NCBI RefSeq assembly: GCF_004010195.1
Contig: NC_057757.1
Span: 2,588,327 to 2,648,422, forward strand
Length of the DNA: 60,096 bases
Direction: 5' to 3'
Source: Chiloscyllium plagiosum
Taxonomy: Eukaryota
Shown: one piece after another, positions 11,541 to 22,855 of the stretch
Layout of the letters: each line of letters starts with the position of its first letter
Position numbering within the stretch: the first letter of the stretch is position 1
Notes under the pieces: model-generated
Told to the model about the DNA's origin: nothing
Database searches by the model: none
What the model saw: only the letters and a program-made list of their open reading frames with translations
Position numbers and translations under genes: made by a program

Positions 11541-12342
11541 TGGAAAGGGAGGATTCCTCAGTCTCTCACATAACACCACCCTTACGTATTTATTTTTGGC
11601 GATAAGTTTTGTTTTTACGAAGTCAGATCGTTTAATACTTTAAATTCCTCTTTCCTGAAAAGACAACGATCACGCTCAATACTTTAGAAAAGTTTGCCAA
11701 CCGACTCCTCCCCAGCGATGTAAGTATATATGAGGATTCCATTTACCAGAGAGATCCGTTGAGGATCTCAGTGTCAGGGGAATAAAGAAAGCTCGTCTTT
11801 TGCTCCTAGTTCGTGTGTCCGTGTACGGAAGTATGAACTTTCACACCTCTTCCCATGCGCACCCCTGTAGGGCGGAATGGTCGCGCCCCTTCTCCGTAGA
11901 AGCTCAGCTGGGCTGCACCATCTTGCCCCGTGCGACGGGGGATGCCCGCGTGTTCCTGGCGATGTGTGTGTGAAGCTGTCCCTCGATCCCCCTAAAAGAG
12001 AGTGGTAGAGCCCACTGTACGTGCGAGGGCCATTGGCAGTAAATGGGACTGGACCACCTGCCGTGGGGAGGGCGGGGGAGAGGGGATGAGATGGATGATG
12101 ATGATGATGATGATGTGGCTGATGTCCAAGAAAGGGTGCCCATTGTTAGACCTGGACCTTGGGAAGGAGCTGAGCTGCACCAAACCGAATCAGGTACCAG
12201 TAGGGAAACGTTTAAGGGACAATCCACAGAGAGAACTATCAACTGGATAGTTCCCATAGAAGACCTAAATTACCCACATGTAGTCATTGAATCCCTGATT
12301 TGGACTTTCTCACACTCACAACCCCCCCATTCCCCCCCCCCC

Positions 12343-12360
12343 NNNNNNNNNNNNNNNNNN
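12343..12360. other. Assembly gap
   Basis: Run of N. Confidence 0.99.
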
Positions 12361-12655
12361 GCTATCACTATTGTTAACAGCTAACCCGAGAATGCAACTT
12401 TAAAAAAAATGTTTTGTGATTTACACATGAAAGAAGTGAAACTATCACTGTATTCTAACAGATGAAAGGCTTAACAGACAATCAACTTTTCAATGTATAA
12501 TTTCAGTTACATCACACTGCAAATTTTTGCTATAAATTCTGTGTTACGATCGAGCCCTCCACTACCACCTGATGAAGGAGCGTTGCTCAGAAAGCTGGTG
12601 TGCTTCCAATTAAACCTGTTGGACTATAACCTGGTGTTGTGTGATTTTTAACTTT
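12361..12655 (+). mobile_element. Penelope-related terminal fragment carrying a family-B hammerhead-like motif (12569-12596)
   Basis: cacCTGATGAAGGAGCGTTGCTCAGAAAGCTggtg; surrounding sequence is shared with 51165-51545. Confidence 0.6.
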
Positions 12656-12960
12656 ATCATCGAATCCCTAGTGTGCAAACAGGCCATTTGGCCCAACTCG
12701 CCAAAGAGTATCCCACTCAGACCCATTCCTCTAACCCTATTACTCAACATTTTCCCCTGATCAGTGTCAAGATTAGATTGTACACAGTTAAAAATCACAC
12801 AACACCAGGTTATAGTCCAACAGGTTTAATTGGACTATAACCTCGTGTTGTGTGATTTTTAACTGTACACCCCAGTCCAACACCGGCATCTCCAAATCAA
12901 AATTAGAGTGGTGCTGGAAAAGCACAGCAGGTCAGGCAGCATCCGAGGAGCAGGAAAATG

Positions 12961-12988
12961 GACGTTTCAGGCAAAAGCCCTTCATCAG
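12961..12988 (-). ncRNA. Minimal hammerhead ribozyme motif, family A
   Basis: CTGATGA-A-GGGC-TTTT-GCCT-GAAACGTC on the minus strand. Confidence 0.55.
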
Positions 12989-13089
12989 ATGAGCCACGTG
13001 ACCTCTGTCCACATTAGGGATTCTATCATTCAACATAAATGGAAACTTTATGTGGATGTGAGGGGCAAGTGTTTGTGGATTAAGTGTGC

Positions 13090-13510
13090 CGGAGAACTGG
13101 TCTGGAGGTTTTTAGTTCTGAGGAGAGGCTGGATAATCCCAGATTGTTTTCACTAGAAAAATGGAGGCTGAGGTCTACAAAATTATGAGAGGTGTAGATA
13201 GGGTGGATAGTCAGAGGCTTTTCCCTGGGTGGAAAAAGTCAACTGCAAGGGGTACAGGTTCAAGGTGAGAGAGGGAAAATACTTCACACAGAGTTTGGTG
13301 GGTGCCTGGAACACAGTGCCAGTGGAGGTTGCAGAACCAGGCATGTTAGCACCATTTAAGGCATGTCTTGATTAACAGATGAATGGGAAGTGATCAGAGG
13401 GATAGAAACTGCCAATGGGCAATAAGTAGCAGGTCTAAATATGGATTAGGAATCAGTACGGGCTAGGTGGGCCGAAGGGCCTGTTCCTTTTCTCCATTGT
13501 ATTATTGTAT
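13090..13510 (+). mobile_element. CR1 LINE 3' end fragment
   Basis: Degenerate CR1 3' coding end and tail (gggccgaagggcctgt). Confidence 0.65.
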
Positions 13511-14749
13511 AATTATCAAACCTCATTAAGGCCTAAGAAAGTGACATACACAGGTTTTAATTACAGGCAATTGGAAATTGTTTTCTGATAGTTTCTTTCG
13601 TGAACTTAGAATTGAATGTGTTCTCCTCACCCTGAGCTGGAAAGGGTTTGGTTCAAGTCCCACCAGAGACCATTGATAAATCAGTGCGTGACACTGTTAG
13701 TCACCTGCTCCGAAAATTGAGAAATGATTACGATGTGGGAACAATCTGTCAAATTTTACCATTAGTGATTATTGTTTTGTGTGATGAGGAGTCTGACTCT
13801 GATTTTCCCACATTGTGATGCCATAGAAAATGCCACACCCAACATGTTCCAGTACTGCAGCAACACAGGCACATACCTAACGATGCGCAAAATTGCTCAG
13901 CTATGTCCTCTCAAGCAGGTCAAATCCAAGCCAGTCTCTGACTGCCATATCTTCAGCAGGTGTCAGAAAAAGTCACCAGAAGGTGCTAGCGACTGGCTCT
14001 TACCAATAGTCTGCCCACAATGCTCAGTCTAACTTCATCAGGCCTCAGTATAGCTCCAGTTGTAGGCTCAAGTTGAATTACAGAGATGAGTTAACACCAG
14101 TGCAATATTTGACAATTGTTATTGAAACTGAAGTTATTGTGGATTAGGAGAAAGCTCTCCACTAGCTGTAGTCATTACCAGACACAATTGTGTCTGCACT
14201 GTAGGAATTTTATGATTCTATAATTCCAAATCATTGAATGTTTTCAAGAAGGAGTTAGATTATAGTTCTTAGGGCTAAAGAGATCAAAGGGTATGGGGTA
14301 GGAGGGGTGGGGAAGTGAGAGCAGGGCACTGGGTGATCAATCATGATCATATTGAATGGTGGAGCAGACTTGAAGGGCCGAATGGCCTGCTCCTGCTCCT
14401 ATTTGCTATGTTTATAATATTGGTCTCAGGCCCAAGACTTTTCTGCAGGAGTTCTTTTGAGCAGCCTCCAAGAGAGTTTCATTTGCAGTCCCTTTGTTAA
14501 TGAAACAGTTCACACCTGCATGCATTTCTCAGACATACTCCTTCCCTCAGTGCAGAAAGACCTAGACAATATCCATGTTTGGCTGGATAAGCAATGAGTT
14601 GCATTCACACCACATAAAGTTTCAGGCTGATTCTAACAATAGAGATCATCACCAACACTGTCTGCCCACCCCCAGCCCCACCCATAATGTTTAAATGGCA
14701 TTACTATTATCTACTGTAACAAATTGGGGTTACCACGCTCCAGATACTT

Positions 14750-15090
14750 AGGTGGCAGAGTGGCTCAGTGGTTAGCACACTGCCCTACAGCGCTAGGGGC
14801 TGGGTTCGACTGCAACCTCGGGCGACTGTCTGTGTGGAGTTTGTACATTCTCCCTGTGTCTGCGTGGGTTTCCTCCTGGTGCTCCGGTTCCCTCCTACAG
14901 TCTAAAGATGTGCAGGTTAGATGAATTGACCATGCTCAATTGCCCATAGCGTTCAGGGATGTGTAGGTTAGGTGCACTAATCAGGGGTAAATGTAGAGTA
15001 GTAAGGGAATGGGTCTGGGAGGGTTACTCTTTAGAGGGTTGATGTGGACTTGTTGGGCCAAATGGTCTGTTTCCACACTGTAGGGATTCT
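14750..15090 (+). mobile_element. HE1-type V-SINE
   Basis: tRNA-like head (tggctcagtggttagcac...ggttcgact), central ctgtgtggagtttg domain, tail tttccacactgtagggattc. Confidence 0.85.
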
Positions 15091-16685
15091 ATGACTCTGT
15101 GAAACGATACTGCATCACGCAGATATATGATGTTGCTGCTAGAGTGGATCACACACTGTAATCTGCAGTAACTGGTTCACTTCCTGACTCGCCAAGGCAC
15201 AAGACAGAAATGGAATGGAGTATCATTTTCCCCAGAGAAGTGCTTCTGTACAAGCTGTCTTACCAGTGCCTGCTGCCTGCTTGTTTAACACTCATTAAGC
15301 ATCTATGTCCTCCACCACCACTGCAATATGTGAACACCATCTACAAGATGCATTTCAGGCAACTCGCCACAAATTCAGCAGTATCTAGAATATTTTCACG
15401 ACTTGAATTGCAACATTTCAAGAATGAAGGTACAGAGTTTTACTGAGCATAGTGATGCCATTTGGCCCATCATCCGTGTGCCGAGCAAGATGGACCATTC
15501 GGCCTAATCCCTCTTACCAGCCCTGTCTCCATAACCGTGTAGCTTATAACACTTCCAAGTGTCTATCCAAAAAGATTTTTTTTATTTTCAATACAGTGCA
15601 GGTTTTTGGCTCTTTACGGCACTTTTGAGAGTTCCACATCGGCACTATTCTTTGGATGAGCATCTTCTCAACTCCTCTCCAATCTAACAAATTGCGACAC
15701 CTCTGGATTCTTGACCAATCCCGCTAAGGCAAATAGGTCCTTTCTCTACAGTCTGTCTTCCTTTTTCTCCTGTTGTCCCCTGGGCCACATCTTTTTGTGA
15801 GAGACCAGGCCCTGTGTAGCACCAGGCTCATGTCCCACTCCAGCTCAGACATGCCGCAGGAGCAGGAGCGGAGGATGTGCCCGGCACCAAGACCCCTGCA
15901 GCCGCTGTCCAGCATCAGTGTCTGGAGGAGCATCAGAGATGGAACAGGAGGTAGGAGGAGACACATGCAGCCCCAGACCATGGCCTGCTCTAGATCAGAC
16001 TCAGGCCAATGATAAGCAGCAGTGACTGGAAGAGCAGCAGGGAAAAGGCAAGAAGTAGGAGGAGCCAACTGAGACGAAGATGAATTGCTGAACCAAAAGC
16101 TGTTGCAGTAATAGCATGCAATGCAAACAAATCCGAGGTGACGCCAGAGAGTGGTGACACTTCGCAAATAACTCGCAAAACAATACTTTTCATTGTAGGA
16201 ACATGTGACAGTATTAAATAAATCTAAATAATATTATACACTTCGATTAAATCTTTTCTCAGCCTCTTTTGTTCCAAAGAAAACAAATGCATAAAGGCAA
16301 GGATATACTTAAAGCCATCCAGCGATTTAATTTTGGATTTCAACCAGGGAATTGTTTTTAAGTTCAGATTTAATGTGTCTATTTTAACACAGTTTGTAAT
16401 GGTTATACATTGTTTGTGTGGAGGTAAGAATCCTTTTTGTGGCTATCCAGTCTTAACTAAAATTCTTCATTCCTAGCAGCATCTTCATAACTCTTCTCTG
16501 TACCCCACCCCCAGTAATCCGACCACCATCTTTTGCGGACACTGAGGGATGGACAGGCTTATCCACAGCTTCCTAACAATTGTAGCCAAATCGTAACTGA
16601 GTTATTTTGGTAACAGAAGGAGTGCATAAAGCAAAACAGGACAGAAAGAGGAGCTAATCAGTACATAGAAGGATGCATAACAAAC

Positions 16686-16691
16686 TTTATT
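16686..16691 (-). terminator. Probable polyadenylation signal of the CARD-VLIG gene
   Basis: tttatt on the + strand about 530 nt past the stop at 17218. Confidence 0.5.
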
Positions 16692-16956
16692 GAATATGTC
16701 CACATATTACAGGATAATAAAGTAAGAGTTCAGAATTATGACAATTGATTCCTTCTATTTAATTCAACCTATCCTAATTTAAGCATTGTTTCTAGCCCAG
16801 CCTCAGTGGGATTCCCTCTAAAACTACTTCAACTACAATGTCAGAAATATATTTAAAGCAAACTATAATCACTAAGATAACATTGATCAGTACATTATTC
16901 CCCTCTAGATTGGCAATTAACTCTCTTGTAGGAGACTAGACAGTTCAGTTCACTAG

Positions 16957-17055
16957 GAGAAAGTGAGGCTGAAGAAGGGCTTATGCCCGAAACGTCGATT
17001 CTCCTGCTTCTTTGATGCTGCCTGACCTGCTGCGCTTTTCCAGCAACACATTTTT
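16957..17055 (+). mobile_element. 99-bp Penelope-related insertion with a family-A hammerhead motif (16969-16996) and 16-bp direct repeat
   Basis: CTGAAGA-A-GGGC-TTAT-GCCC-GAAACGTC; flanked by cagttcagttcactag at 16941-16956 and 17056-17071. Confidence 0.75.
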
Positions 17056-17217
17056 CAGTTCAGTTCACTAGTATTTTTGCACAATTTCTGAAGTTCTTTA
17101 CTTCCCGATTTTGTGAAGGGATAAGTTCACCTGAGTCCTAAGTAATGATAAAAATCCTCACCTGAAACTGGAGTTAATAGTATTAAAAGTGGACGTCTGA
17201 TCATCCTGTATTTCTAA

Positions 17218-20200
17218 CTATTTCAGTTCTTTTTTCCTAAACATATTGTATGTTTTCACAATTTCTGCCCTTACAGTTTCCTTCTGTATATTTTTCCAGT
17301 CAACAGGAATATCAGCTTTGTTGGCCTTGTAAGCTTCTGCAAACTCTCTATTAAAAGTAGACAGGACATATTTCCAGTAGGTTGCTGCTTGGACACTTGT
17401 GTCAGGCGGAATATCCCAGGAAGCGAAATAATCATTTACACTGCGGTAGTCTTTATAGGGATGGAATGTATATTCAGTCTCTGCACAGCGGAATGAACTG
17501 TCAGATGCTACTGCAGAAGTGCACACTGTCGCCACAAGCTTGTTGTTGTCAATATAGCGATAACTATTTAGTCCTTCAGGTCGATGGGTTGTAGCAAAAT
17601 GCTCCTTATGTCCTGAGCCTTCACGTTCACAAGGCACTCCACAGAATGGGCACATCTTCCCACAGCCGAGAACCTGGCGGAAGATCTCTTCATCCGGCTG
17701 CACTGGCAGACGTGGCAGAACTTCTTCAATGTCGCAATTCTTGTGAAAGTCTGATGTGAGTTTCTGCTCCACGTCATCCAGGGCAGTAGTAAAATCAGTA
17801 GCAAACTCTCTGGCTGTGACAGCATTCTGAAAGAGTATAATTTCCAAACTCTCCTTGTTAATTACAAAATCATTCTTCAAAATGTCACAAAATTCTGTTA
17901 AAAATTCTGACACGTTCTCCTTCTCCATCACCATTGCTTGTTTTATGGCATCTTTTGTCTTTCGTATCAGTGCTCGGATTATTTTTGTGATGATCTCCAT
18001 AATTTTAGTTGTTCCCGTGTAATTCTTTATTATTCTTTTCCTGATCCACTGTCTTGCAAAATGCTCATAGTTTTTGATATATTGTAAGTAATTTTCCACA
18101 CGGTGCTCATCCAGCAAATCCAGTAGAATCACAGCTTGGAGATAGGCTCTGCTGCTCATTTCATGGTTTGTACAGCTGGCTTTTACACCTTCGACAATCT
18201 CCACACCAAGCTTTTTGTCAATGGCTTTCTGAAATGCGGGCTGGAGGCAGTTGCTGCACAGAGCTTGAGCCCTTTTCTGACTTTGATCTTTCTCGTGGTA
18301 AATATCTTTAAAAGTGGAATAGTAGGCATCCTTCATTGTTGTCAGACAAGTCAGTGGATCGTTCTCTCTGAAGAAATCTTGGTGCATCTTTTGGAAAATC
18401 GGCAGGACATAACCACACATATGCAGCTTTAGGTCTACCTCAAAGTTAACATTTGTGTGAAAGTGGCACCATTTCCTATTCAGTAATGTATCGTCAGTAT
18501 TTTTCAGCAATGTTTGACAGTAAGTTGGATCGAAGTCAACTTTTGCTTTCAGCTTTTCCAGTGCAAACTGCTCAGCGTTTTCAATTAAACTATCTGCAAA
18601 CACTTGCACTTCACTGCTAGATCCATTTGTAAAAAAGTCTTTAGCTCTTTGCCAATAACCCCTCTCAATATGATCCCTGGTAACTTTAAACTCGACTTGT
18701 CCTTTTTCAAATAGTTTCCCAGCGGTATCTAATCTCTGGCACACCGCACTGCCTCGATAGCGTAGATTTTGTTGCAGTTGATTTTCAAACTCAATTTCGA
18801 TGTTCTGTTGTTTGATTGACATTGCCTGAAGTGGTTGGACTGTATCTCTCCACATCTTTTCAAACTTTTCCTTGAGTTTACTGTCATTGAGTTCAGAATT
18901 TGACTCTTTGCACATTTGTAGCAGTTCACAGACCTGTTTCTGAATAATCCCCTGATACTCCTTCTGTATGTTATCCAGTTTGGCCATGCCTTTGCGCCTC
19001 TGAATTGCATCCTCACATTTGCGCTTGCTGTAAATCTCAAGCTCATTTCGCAAACTCTCAGTACTCAGGGTGAAATCCATTTTGAATTTCTCCACAAGAT
19101 GGATGTTGTCTACTTTGCTGTTGAAGTATTTTTCCAGATGTATGAGAATCATTTGCTTTTGCGCCTGGAGAATTTTATTTGTTTCTTGTATCAGAGTCTG
19201 GTACAAATCATCAAGCTGATCAAGAGGGTGATTCCCAATGTTGTTCTCAGCCTTTTCTACCTGGGAATGAATGCTTTTCCTAAATTGCCACTCCCATTCC
19301 GAGTACTTCAAACTGAGCTGGCTGTAAGCATCTGCAACTAGGCTGTTTCTAAAACTGAAAATGAAATTTTCGTACTTGACTGCATTCCATAAACCCTTCA
19401 TCCATTCTCTGAATTGGTGAATCGTAAATGGTTCTTTTCTTTCTCTGCGTTGCTTAAACAAATCAAACAGATATTTCTTTAGTTCAAATATATTTTCACT
19501 GTAGCCAGTGTTTACCGGTGCCATGGGAGGAACACCATGCCAGAGGCCTGGAATGTACCAGTTGTTCTTTTCAGGATCATATTCCATGATATCTGAAAAC
19601 TTTGTGAATTTGTGGTCTTTCTTCTCCATCTTTGCTGCTGCCTTTGTCATTTCATTTAACTGATCCAGGAGATGCTTCCTGTCTCTCATGTTCTGATCAT
19701 GTGCTGACACTTCTCCCACATTTTGATGAATGAACTGACAGTTTGGTTTGTGCCCTACCTCTTTCATCCTCAGGAAGGCGTGCACCACTATCTGCAAGAT
19801 ATCCTTCATTTCAGAAGAGTTTTCCATAGCCATGTTGACTAATGTAATGTCACTCAGTCCAACAACCAGCGTTGCAAGTTCGTTATCATGTTCATGGCTG
19901 TCCTCCAGCTTTGCCAGTTCTGGAGCTTTTAATCCTTCAGTGTCAATAATCATCAGGTACTCACTACCGATCTCCTTGCTCAGGTCTCCTGTAATTTTGA
20001 TCAACTGCATGAAGGCTCCTCTTGTACATCTCCCACTGCTCACTGCAAACTGCAAACCAAACATAGTGTTTAAGAGGGTAGACTTCCCTGTACTCTGTAC
20101 ACCCAGGACAGTCAGAACAACTATTTTAGTATCTGGTCCTAGTTTCTCTGAAAGATGTGTGAGCACAGCGCTGACCCACTGTTCAGAAATGCTGGACGCA

Positions 20201-21956
20201 TCGCCATCTAGAAGTTCAAGTGGAAAGCCATCTAACATGAGATCAGCAACCACACTAGGAAGTGATGTATACTGACGAGTATTTTCTGACAGAATGTGTT
20301 CCTGAACTAGAGTTGCCTCAGCTTCATAAATCTGTCCTATTTCTCGCATGAAATGTTCTAGCCCTAGAGAACTGTCTGATATTTGTTTGTCGAGGTCTGT
20401 GAGTTTTTTGGTTGCACCAGGTGATGCTTTATATAATTGTTTATAAGCTTCACGTAATTCAGAAAGCTCTTCTCGTGCGGTGGCATCGAGAAGATATTTG
20501 ATCCATTTCAGGAACAAGTGTCTTTCATCGTGGCTCGTATTTGCCATTACTGCGACAAACTCAGAAAGGTTTTCCGTAATGTCATACTCTCGCTGTTTCT
20601 TCCGCAAATTTGTTAGTTCAAGTCTGAGTTCGGAGTTGTATGCCTCAACAGGCATATCACCACGCTTCTTCTGGCGACAAAGCTCCTTGTCTATCTTCGA
20701 CCATTTCTTCCAGAGCTCTCCCTGTAAGGGTAGTTTTTCCATCTTATACTCTGCCACACTTCGCATGTCTCCCATGGCAGCCTCTGCCACTTCTTTAGCA
20801 CTATGGCAGTGTGGCTCATCTTCATCCACTAAAATCTCTAACTTGCGAGCTACATCAGCCATTCCCTCAATGCTCACACAGTCTGTCATGTTTTCCAAAG
20901 TCTCCTTGATGCATGATCGAATTTGTTCAACAAACATTGATGTGTTCACGTTCTTATTTTTAACAATAATGTGATTCCGTTCCAACTTCATTAATGGAGC
21001 CAGTTTCTGGAGAAAGCTGCTTGTAACAACCTGCTGGTCCAGCTGTGGATTGAGGATGAGGAAGTATCGCGTTTCCAATTCAGCGACAGACTCCAAAAAA
21101 GCGAACTCGTTGGCACCGACCTGATCGACAAATATAAAGACTGCTGAGGATACCTGAGCCAGGAAATGAACTTGGGAGCGTAGCGTACTTGCATCACCAC
21201 GGAGGTTGGCAATGAGGATGGGTTCTGTGAAGATATCAATATTTCTCTTGCCACAGGGGAGGTACCAGCAGAACTCCACTAATCCGTCCGAAATTTTCCG
21301 AGGAATATCACCACATTCCATGCTGTGAGTGACAAAGAAGTTGTGATGATGGTGGGGGTTACTTAATACCTCATTGAGAATCCTTGATTTGGAAGTACTG
21401 CACTCACCCAGGCGAATAAATGAAATAACGTGCATTGGCGTGGTCACCATTGTTGCCTCTTTGAATCCTTTACTCGCCTCGAGTGACTGAGGTCTCCACT
21501 TCTTCACAATGAAACGCATGGCCCACAGCAGTAGGGTGCTGTTGTCCTTGCTGTAATCTGGCAGTAAGAGAGGCAGCGCAAACTGACACATAGACATCTT
21601 CATCATCACCTCTTGCTGCAGGATGCTGTCAGCACAAAGGAAAACTGCAGTAATGACATCCAGTGGATTGCATGCATCGCCAGTGTCTTTTCCCGTGATA
21701 TCAAAAAGATCGGAAAAATTTGTTTGATCAACGGTCAGTTTAGGAATGTCTGCTGAGCATTTGATATTTCTGGCTGTCAAATTGAGAATCATAAGTTTCT
21801 TTAGAAAATACCACGGAATATCTTCCAAGCTTTGTGACTTTGCACACGCTATGGTTTCTGGGCCCATTTCAAGAATTTTGCTTAAAGAAAGTTTCTCTCT
21901 CAAGTACTTCTGTAGTTTCAGCTTGGAAAGCACTTCCTGAAAATTGTTTTCTTTGA
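17218..21956 (-). CDS. URGCP/GVIN1-like very large inducible GTPase, large terminal exon of a CARD6-like CARD-VLIG gene
   Basis: Uninterrupted 1571-aa ORF; P-loop GVQSTGKS (20080-20103), GRCTRG, G3 DTEG, HDNELAT, C-terminal GCGKMCPFCGVPC...H; phase-1 acceptor tttcacag|TC at 21956 is in frame. Confidence 0.92.
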
Positions 21957-22169
21957 CTGTGAAATGAAAAATACAAAAGATGCTTCAAATATGTAAATTA
22001 AACATATTTCTCTTCTGATATTGCAGTCCATTTCAACATAGAATATGTTCCGTCAAGTTTACATTAAGTTACACTAGAGATTTCTTAATTAAGTGCCCAT
22101 TTTACGTGGCACAGTTGCTCAGTAGTTAGCACTGAGGGACCTGGGTTTGATCCAATCAATGGCCTATGA

Positions 22170-22647
22170 GATTCATTAGAAATCTGAACTAATAAGTTAA
22201 GGAAAGAATAAAAATAATATGATGTTGTGGCCATTACAGAGACTTGGTTGAGAGAGTCACAGGACTAGCTGCTAAACTTTCCCAGGTTTCGTTGTTTTAG
22301 ATGAGATAGAGAGGGAGTTAAAAGAGGTGGAGGAATTGCATTTCAAGTCAGGGAGAACGTCGCATCTGCATTCAGAGAGGACATACTGGAGGGCTCATCC
22401 ACTGAGGCAGGAAGGGTAGAGCTCAAAAATAAGATAGGTGCAATCACTCTGATAGGATCATACAATTGCCCCGCAACAGCCACCGAGACATTGAGAAACA
22501 AATATGTAGGCAGATTATGGAAAGATGCAATAACAACAGGGTTGTCATAGTGAGTGATTTTAACTTCTCCAGTATTGACTGGGGCTTCATTAGAGCAAAA
22601 GGCTTAGATGGTGCAGAATTTGTTAAGTACATCCAAGAGGGTTTCTT
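22170..22647 (+). mobile_element. CR1 LINE endonuclease segment, left of the Tx1 insertion
   Basis: ORF 22466 has VVIVSDFNFSSIDW...FVKYIQEGF and continues at 27698. Confidence 0.85.
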
Positions 22648-22855
22648 TTTTTATTATTTCAAAAATATACTTTATTCATAAATACTTTGATCTATACAAC
22701 TGGACATGTCATACATATGTACACATTCCATTTCTTTGCGTATCGAAACAGAGTAATCATTCTTATTTACAGGTTGGTGCGATTACATTGAGCTGAGACG
22801 CCAGCAGAGCCCAAATGACTGCGTGGGCCCCTTGTTCTTCTGAGGCAGGCAGATG

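Noticed and set aside
10971-11605. 200-aa and overlapping ORFs in the CpG island
   Set aside because: GC-rich promoter DNA is depleted in stops; no recognisable domain or splice structure.
15724-16230. 147-aa ORF as a gene
   Set aside because: Low-complexity translation; the region ends in the same Rex1-like tail as other repeats.
18136-21254. Secondary ORFs overlapping the GTPase exon
   Set aside because: Antisense or alternative-frame shadows of a long CDS.
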